This document shows positions 57,849 to 64,000 of a stretch of DNA of 64,000 nt, in pieces. Position numbers and translations under genes: made by a program. Each line of letters starts with the position of its first letter. Positions within the stretch are counted from its first letter, which is position 1. The notes under the pieces were generated by a model that worked only from the letters and a program-made list of their open reading frames with translations, was not told the origin of the DNA and made no database searches. The DNA comes from Alphaproteobacteria bacterium. GTDB lineage: Bacteria > Pseudomonadota > Alphaproteobacteria > UBA2966. Location of the stretch: contig OZ219856.1 of assembly GCA_964291395.2 (NCBI GenBank), positions 672,001 through 736,000 of the forward strand, in the 5' to 3' direction.

Positions 57849-59960
57849 CTACGGTTCCACGGTGAACTTGTAGTCTACGGCCAGGCAGCCTTCGCCGTCG
57901 CCGAGAACCAAGACGGGGTTGAGGTCGAGCTCGGCGATCTCGGGACGGTCGACCGCGAGCCAGGAGACCCGGGCGATCGTTTTCGCCAGCGCCTCGACGT
58001 CGAGGGGGCCGCCGCCCCGGAATCCTCGGAACATGGGGCCGAGGACCGACTCCTCGAGGACGCGTCGGGCCGCCACCTCGCTGACGGGCGCCGGCAGCAT
58101 GTGCACGTCGGCGATGAGTTCCACCAGCGTACCGCCGGGGCCGAAGACGATCATCGGACCGAAAACCGGATCCCGCTTCACGCCGACCAGGACTTCGAGC
58201 CCACCGCCGACCATTTCCTGCACGAGAAGGCCTTCGATGCGGGCGTCCGGGTGGTGCCGCCGGGCATTGGTATTGACCGTATCGCAAGCCACGGCGAGCG
58301 CGTCCTCGCCGCGCACGTCCGTGATGACGCCGCCGATCTCCGTGCGGTGGACGATATCGGGCGAGGCGATCTTCACGGCAACGGGCGAGTCGAGCTCGGC
58401 ACGGAACGCCTCCGCTTCCTGGATGGTCGCCGCGATGATTTCGCGAGGCAAGCGAACGCCATATGCCGCGAGCGCGGCCTTTTGGGCCTCCACCTGATCG
58501 AGCGGCGCGTCACCCGCTGCGCCGGGTCCGACGTCGCGGGCGGGCTTGGGGTCGGCGAGCAGGACGCGGCGTCGTTCGTCATAGACGAGTCGGGCGGCGA
58601 CGTTTCTCGCGGCCCGCGCAGGATCGCTGAACACGGGGAACGGCGCCTTCCGGATCGCCTCCATGGCGTTCTCGTGGGGCGCCACCCAGGACACCGCGAA
58701 CGGCTTGCCGACGTCGGCGCGAAGCCTGGTCAGCTCTTCGACGAGCTCCAGTCCGTTGCGCCAAATGAGTTTCACCGACAACACGGCGGCGTCGTAGTGG
58801 TCGCCTTCGAGGAGAAGCCGGAGGCATTGCGCCAGGATATCTGGCCGAAACACCATCGGCCCGGTCGCGTCCAGCGGGTTGTTGAACCCGGCGTAGTCCG
58901 GAAGGATCTCCGCGACTTTGGCCCGCAGCTCTTCCGGCAACGGTGCGACGTCCAAGCCGGCATCCGTCGCGGCGTCCGCCGCGAGCACACCGGCGCCGCC
59001 GGAATGGGAGACCAGCGCGATGCGCTTCCCCCGGGATGCCGGCGTCTTGTTGAAGACCTTCATGTAGTCGATGAACTGGTCTCCGTCGGCGGCGCGGACG
59101 ACCCCGGTGGCGTCGAACACGGCCTGGGCGACTCCGTCCGAGCCGACCAGGGCCCCGGTATGCGACCGGGCCGCGACCGCGCCGGCATCCGACTTGCCGA
59201 CCTTGAGGACGATCAAGGGCTTGCCCGCCTGCAGCGCCGCCCGAGAGACGTCGATGAAGCCCGCGCCCTTCCGGATGCTCTCGATATAGCCGCCGATGAT
59301 GCCGACCCGATCGTCGTTGATCAGGTATCCGGCGTAGTCGGAGAACTCGAGATCCGCCTCGTTGCCCGAGCTTACGAAGTGCCCCGTGCCAATCCCCTGG
59401 CGCTCGGCCTCGGTGAGGATGGCGGCGCCGACCGCGCCGCTCTGACTCGCCAGCGCGACATTGCCGGGCTCGACGTCCTTGCGGTCCAGGAGCTGGGTGA
59501 TCGAGGGGACGACTCCATTCCACAGGTTGATCGAGCCGACGGAGTTGGGTCCGACGGCGCGGCCCCCCTTGTCGCGGATCAGGTCCATCAGCTCGGATTC
59601 GATGCGCTTGCCTTCCTCGCCCAGTTCTCCGAAGCCCGACGTGATGATGAGGAAGCATTTGACGTGACCGGACTCGAGCGCCTCCACTGTCCGGCGAACG
59701 ACGGTTGCCGGGACCGAGAGCACGGCGAGATCGATCGGATCGGGAATGTCGGCGAGAGATGGAAAACACTTCAGGCCGTTCACCGCCTCGTACTTCGGAT
59801 TCACCGGGTAGATCGTGCCGCCGTATCCGTGGAGGTCGAGGAATCTCAAAATGAGTCCGCCGCCCATGCGGGTTGCGTCTTCGGACGCGCCGACGACGGC
59901 GATCGATTCCGGCTCGAACAGCGCGGCCAGGGCTTGGGTGTCCGGCTCGGCGGTGCTCAT
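57849..59960 (-). CDS. ADP-forming acyl-CoA synthetase (acetate-CoA ligase family)
   Basis: SIAVVGAS, GPNSVG, SQSG, SHTGAL, HRTEIGGV, ELDLNP. Confidence 0.93.
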   Translation of the reverse strand: MSTAEPDTQALAALFEPESIAVVGASEDATRMGGGLILRFLDLHGYGGTIYPVNPKYEAVNGLKCFPSLADIPDPIDLAVLSVPATVVRRTVEALESGHVKCFLIITSGFGELGEEGKRIESELMDLIRDKGGRAVGPNSVGSINLWNGVVPSITQLLDRKDVEPGNVALASQSGAVGAAILTEAERQGIGTGHFVSSGNEADLEFSDYAGYLINDDRVGIIGGYIESIRKGAGFIDVSRAALQAGKPLIVLKVGKSDAGAVAARSHTGALVGSDGVAQAVFDATGVVRAADGDQFIDYMKVFNKTPASRGKRIALVSHSGGAGVLAADAATDAGLDVAPLPEELRAKVAEILPDYAGFNNPLDATGPMVFRPDILAQCLRLLLEGDHYDAAVLSVKLIWRNGLELVEELTRLRADVGKPFAVSWVAPHENAMEAIRKAPFPVFSDPARAARNVAARLVYDERRRVLLADPKPARDVGPGAAGDAPLDQVEAQKAALAAYGVRLPREIIAATIQEAEAFRAELDSPVAVKIASPDIVHRTEIGGVITDVRGEDALAVACDTVNTNARRHHPDARIEGLLVQEMVGGGLEVLVGVKRDPVFGPMIVFGPGGTLVELIADVHMLPAPVSEVAARRVLEESVLGPMFRGFRGGGPLDVEALAKTIARVSWLAVDRPEIAELDLNPVLVLGDGEGCLAVDYKFTVEP

Positions 59961-61462
59961 TCGGCGGCGACCGCCTGGGACGCGGGTCCCTCGATTTCAA
60001 AATTGAAATCGCCCTTCTTGACGCTGACGTACTTGAGCGTCGGACGCTTCTCGACTTCGTTCATGAGTTGCTTCAGCGGCGTCAATGCCGGGAGGGGGTA
60101 ATCGGTCCTGCGTCCCGGCGCATCGCGCACGGCATAGAGTTCCTCGAGAACGGGCGGTTGATAGAAGGCGGCGAGCAGAAGGTCGTCGTCGGATTTGAAG
60201 GGGCCCCGTTCCTTCTTCAGCCGGGGGATCCAAGGTTCCACGAGCTCGCCGGCGCGCTCGACATTGGGCTCCTTCATGCCGAGGTGGTCGGCGGACTTCT
60301 CGATGATCCGCGGCAGGATGGGCCCGACGGGCCTGCCGTAGAACCCCATCGCGTAGCGGGCGATTTCGTCGGGAATGGTCTTGTAGCGTTCCCCTTGCGC
60401 CACGTTGATCACCGATTGGGTGACGATGTATTGCGCGAACGGGCTCACGACGACCGGATAGCCGAGATCCTCGCGGACTTGCACCGCTTCCACGAGCACC
60501 TCCTCGAACCTGTCGCTCATGCCGATATCGGCGAGCTGGGAGTGCAGGTTGGAGATCATGCCGCCCGGGATCTGGTGCTCATAGAGCTTGGGGTCGTAGC
60601 GTTTGTGGATGCCCAGCGGTTTGTCGTAACGCTCGGCCAGCGCGATGAAGTAGTCCGCCATTTCCGCGAGATCGTCGAGTTCGAGCTTGATCCCGTATCC
60701 CAGGTCGCCGAGATGCCGGACGAAGTACTCGGTCGGAGGCAGCGAGTCGGACCCCGCCATGGGACTGATCGCCGTATGCAGCACGTCGACACCGAGCGGG
60801 ACCGCCTCGAGGTAGCAGAGTTCCGCCAGCCCTCCGCGGCAGTGGGAGTGGAGCTCGAGCGGCATGTCCGGGCCGATGGCATTCCGGATCGCCGGAACCA
60901 GCGTGCGGATCCGGTCCGGCGTGAGCAGGCCGCTCGCGTCCTTGATGATGAAGGCGTCCACTCCGTGACCGATGATCTCCGTCGCGATATCCGCGTAGAA
61001 CCCGTCCGTGTGAACCGGACTGAGCGCGTAGGCAAATCCGGCGCAGCAATAGAGCCCGGCCTCCTTCGTCGTCTTGATGGCGAGTTCGATGTTCCGGACG
61101 TCGCCCAACGTGTCGTAGAAGGTGTGACGATGCATCCCGTTGGCGGCAATGCGCCGGATGGTCAGGTCGACGATGTCGTCAGGGAAGAAATCGAAGGTAA
61201 ACAGGCTCTGGCCGCGCGTCCAAATGTTGAGCGGCGTCCGCGTGCAGCGCTCCGCCATGAGGCGCATGCGTTCCCAGGGGTCTTCCCGCAGATACCGGAC
61301 GCAAACGTCGAAAACCGCCCCGCCTTCGAGGTCGATCCAGTCGAAGCCCATCTCGTCCATGCGCGGGGCGAAGGGCATGATCATGTCGTTGGTGATGCGC
61401 GTCGCCCACAGCGATTGCGGGGCATCGCGCACCGAGACGTCGACGAACTTCACCTCTTTCAT
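59957..61462 (-). CDS. Pyruvate carboxyltransferase-type subunit (PycB/OadA-like, no biotinyl domain)
   Basis: VRDAPQSLWATR, EDPWERM, IKDASG, LHSHC, HQIPGGMISN. Confidence 0.9.
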   Translation of the reverse strand: MKEVKFVDVSVRDAPQSLWATRITNDMIMPFAPRMDEMGFDWIDLEGGAVFDVCVRYLREDPWERMRLMAERCTRTPLNIWTRGQSLFTFDFFPDDIVDLTIRRIAANGMHRHTFYDTLGDVRNIELAIKTTKEAGLYCCAGFAYALSPVHTDGFYADIATEIIGHGVDAFIIKDASGLLTPDRIRTLVPAIRNAIGPDMPLELHSHCRGGLAELCYLEAVPLGVDVLHTAISPMAGSDSLPPTEYFVRHLGDLGYGIKLELDDLAEMADYFIALAERYDKPLGIHKRYDPKLYEHQIPGGMISNLHSQLADIGMSDRFEEVLVEAVQVREDLGYPVVVSPFAQYIVTQSVINVAQGERYKTIPDEIARYAMGFYGRPVGPILPRIIEKSADHLGMKEPNVERAGELVEPWIPRLKKERGPFKSDDDLLLAAFYQPPVLEELYAVRDAPGRRTDYPLPALTPLKQLMNEVEKRPTLKYVSVKKGDFNFEIEGPASQAVAAE

Positions 61463-61525
61463 TGGCGAGCCTCCGGATGGCAAGGAACGGCGGCGGATGG
61501 AATTTAGCGGCTCGCCGCCGCTTCG

Positions 61526-62362
61526 TCACGGTCGGGAGGACACGTTCCGGCCGGGGGAGCCGGCCGTGATGGCGTCGTCGGAGAGCTCGGCGAGATCTTC
61601 CCGATAGGGATAGTTCACATAGGGCGTCATATGTTCCCGCTTGATTTTCGACTCGACGGGAAGGTTGTCCGACCGGTTGTAGATGAACATCAGATACAGT
61701 CGGTCCCGGTCCGAGTGGTTCTCCCCCGACCCGTGCATGATTTCGGGCGCGAAGAGGATCACGTCGCCGGGCTTCCCTTCGATGAACTCGGGCGACGTCT
61801 CCGCGAGCATCTTTTTCACGTACGCATCGGGCGCGTTGAAGGACTGGTAGCCCACGGACTCGGTATCGAAGAACAGCTCGCCCACGCCGTGCCGGTGGGA
61901 TCCCGGCAGAACCCGCATGGCGCCGTTCTCCGGCGTCGATTCCGTCAAGAGGACACAGATCGTGATCATGTCGTTGACGGAGCCGCGCCGGATGCCGTCG
62001 TTGATCCAGTTCGCGAAGTCGGTGTGCCAGGGATATCCCTCGCCCACGCGTCCCATCTTGGCGTTGACACGCGTCTGAAACAGGTAGACGTGTCCGCCTA
62101 GCAGCTGCTTCACGGGGCCGACAATGCGCGGGAGTCTCACGGCCGCGGCCACGGCTTCGGAATCGAGGTCGATCCCGAAGCTGACGCGCGTGGAGTCGCT
62201 GTTCAGCTCGGAGATGTTGCCGTCGGGATGGTTCCGGTCCGGCGACAGGATCGCATAACAGTCCGCGCGCAGGATCTCCATCTCCTCGGGCGTGAAGACG
62301 GCTGGAACCTTCAGATACCCCTCGGCGTAATAGGTATCGATCTGTGCCTGCGTAAGCCTCAT
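61526..62362 (-). CDS. Phytanoyl-CoA dioxygenase/EctD-like Fe(II)/2OG dioxygenase
   Basis: WHTDF, ENGAMRVLPGSH, MHGSGENHSDRDR. Confidence 0.9.
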   Translation of the reverse strand: MRLTQAQIDTYYAEGYLKVPAVFTPEEMEILRADCYAILSPDRNHPDGNISELNSDSTRVSFGIDLDSEAVAAAVRLPRIVGPVKQLLGGHVYLFQTRVNAKMGRVGEGYPWHTDFANWINDGIRRGSVNDMITICVLLTESTPENGAMRVLPGSHRHGVGELFFDTESVGYQSFNAPDAYVKKMLAETSPEFIEGKPGDVILFAPEIMHGSGENHSDRDRLYLMFIYNRSDNLPVESKIKREHMTPYVNYPYREDLAELSDDAITAGSPGRNVSSRP

Positions 62363-62526
62363 GCCAGTGCGGGTCGGGGTTGGGGCAAAGCGATCCTCAT
62401 ACTGTAGCACACCGCCGGCTTCCGTCTCTTCCCGCTGGTCGCGGGTCTCCGGCGACGGTGTATCGGTTCGTGGTTTGTCCCTATGATGGACGGACGACGA
62501 AAAGAGCGCGGAGTGGGAAGGACGCC

Positions 62527-63309
62527 ATGTTGCAGGGGAGGGCCGCGCTCGTCACGGGTTCGACGAGCGGCATCGGACTCGCGATCGCCGAAACGCTGGC
62601 CGCCGAGGGCGCCCGGATCATGATGAACGGGTTCGGCGACGCCGACGAAATCGAGGACATTCGCGCCGCGCTGGTCAGGCGCCACGGCGTGGAGGTGCGG
62701 TATTCCGGCGCGGACCTCACCGAGGCCGATCAGATCGACGGCCTCGTCGACGACACCGTCTCGGCATTCGGGTCGCTCGACATCCTGGTCAATTGCGCGG
62801 GCATCCAGATCATCGCGCCCATCGACGAATTCCCGCTCGACGGCTGGGACGCCATAATCGCGATCCACCTCTCCGCGACATTCCACACCACGCGTCTCGC
62901 TCTGCCCCACATGAAGGAGCGGCGCTGGGGCAGGATCGTCAACATGGGGTCGGCCCACGGACTGGTGGCATCCCCATGCAAGGCGCCTTACGTGGCGGCG
63001 AAGCACGGCGTCGTCGGGTTCACCAAGGCGACGGCCCTCGAGGCCGGCCCTTGGGAGATCACCTGCAATGCGATCTGTCCGGGTTTCGTCAAGACACCCA
63101 TGTACGACTTGCAGGCCGAAAATTTGGCGGCCCGGGAAGGGCGCGACGTCGAGGAATTCGTCCGGGAGCAAGTGGATACCCGGCATGCGTTGCCGCACAT
63201 CATCTCGGTCGAGGAGATCGCCGCCGCCACGGTCTTCCTCTGTTCGGACGGGGGGCGGTCGATCAGCGGGACGACTATATCCGTCGACGCCGGTTGGACG
63301 GCGGTCTAG
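62527..63309 (+). CDS. bdhA: 3-hydroxybutyrate dehydrogenase-like SDR
   Basis: TGSTSGIG, AGIQ, SAHGLVAS, YVAAKHG, CPGFVKTP. Confidence 0.8.
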   Translation: MLQGRAALVTGSTSGIGLAIAETLAAEGARIMMNGFGDADEIEDIRAALVRRHGVEVRYSGADLTEADQIDGLVDDTVSAFGSLDILVNCAGIQIIAPIDEFPLDGWDAIIAIHLSATFHTTRLALPHMKERRWGRIVNMGSAHGLVASPCKAPYVAAKHGVVGFTKATALEAGPWEITCNAICPGFVKTPMYDLQAENLAAREGRDVEEFVREQVDTRHALPHIISVEEIAAATVFLCSDGGRSISGTTISVDAGWTAV

Positions 63310-63318
63310 TTCCACGTT

Positions 63319-63414
63319 CTACCAATAGACGTTGACATGCCAGACGGCGACGAGCAGGGCGAGTGCCAGCACGATAAACGGCAGGTAAGGCAGCACGTGG
63401 TGGAATAGTCTCAT
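63319..63414 (-). CDS. Small single-TM protein
   Basis: MRLFHHVLPYLPFIVLALALLVAVWHVNVYW immediately after TauE stop. Confidence 0.5.
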   Translation of the reverse strand: MRLFHHVLPYLPFIVLALALLVAVWHVNVYW

Positions 63415-63422
63415 CGCACGAC

Positions 63423-64000
63423 TCACAGCCTGAAGGGCAATTCCACGAACATGTCGAGGACGTAAAGCGCGCCGGCGATGGCGGTGATCGCCCCCAGCAT
63501 GACCTTCAACGAGTATTCGGGCACGAAACGCTGAGTCTTGGCCGCGGCCCAGGAGCCGAAGATACCCCCGGCGGCGGCGAACAGGCCCCAGGCCCACTCC
63601 GGCGCGATGGCGGTTCCGGTTACCGCCGGCATGATTCCGCTGTAGGTGACGAGGGCCACGAGCGAGAGCACGATGACATAGGGGATCGTCGCCGCGACGA
63701 CCACGTACATAGGTAGCCGGTAGAGGGCTGTCAGGATCGGCACCAGCAGGAATCCGCCACCCACGCCCAGCGCCGAGGAGATGATCCCGACACCGAAACC
63801 GATCACGAACAGCGCCGATGGACGCACCGTCCAGGTCTCACCCCAGAAGCTGATCGTGATATGGTCACTGGCCTTGCTGACCGTCTCGATGGGCGTCCCC
63901 GGGGGCACGCCGGCGGGCGGGCGCCCCGCGGCGCGTTGGGCGATGGCCTCGGCCCGGAAGCGGGCATCGATCCCTTCACCGGAGTGACGGGAGAGGAACC
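63423..64000 (-). CDS. TauE/SafE family sulfite exporter (5' end outside window)
   Basis: GIISSALGVGGGFLLVP motif with several TM segments. Confidence 0.85.
   Translation of the reverse strand, partial: FLSRHSGEGIDARFRAEAIAQRAAGRPPAGVPPGTPIETVSKASDHITISFWGETWTVRPSALFVIGFGVGIISSALGVGGGFLLVPILTALYRLPMYVVVAATIPYVIVLSLVALVTYSGIMPAVTGTAIAPEWAWGLFAAAGGIFGSWAAAKTQRFVPEYSLKVMLGAITAIAGALYVLDMFVELPFRL

Overview
High-GC (roughly two-thirds G+C by eye) proteobacterial chromosomal segment, probably Alphaproteobacteria (inference from gene content and RBS style). It is dense in catabolic operons, with no rRNA, tRNA or CRISPR array seen. Main contents: (i) a dispersed C2-sulfonate pathway, with sauS plus a SucCD-like (SauPQ-type) ligase followed by an ALDH and a GMC oxidoreductase, xsc-pta, and a TauE/SafE exporter at the right edge; (ii) a hidden PrdB/GrdB-like selenoprotein (in-frame UGA in CPV-U-PRC plus a SECIS-like hairpin) that the ORF track splits in two; (iii) an AdoCbl-dependent glutamate-mutase-like S/L/E operon whose E subunit lacks key glutamate-binding residues, has no methylaspartate ammonia-lyase nearby, and is co-oriented with an LLM flavoenzyme, a VOC protein, a PRISE-type SDR, a biotin carrier and a carboxyltransferase; (iv) a second biotin carrier/carboxyltransferase module without biotin carboxylase, linked to a 2OG-Fe dioxygenase, an acyl-CoA ligase and a Rieske oxygenase; (v) thiolase-like/DUF35/MaoC modules; (vi) a Zur-box-preceded zinc uptake operon with a His-rich outer-membrane protein; (vii) six small toxin-antitoxin islets between operons, none with an intact toxin, two of them flanked by direct repeats. 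Family calls come from recalled motifs, not database searches.
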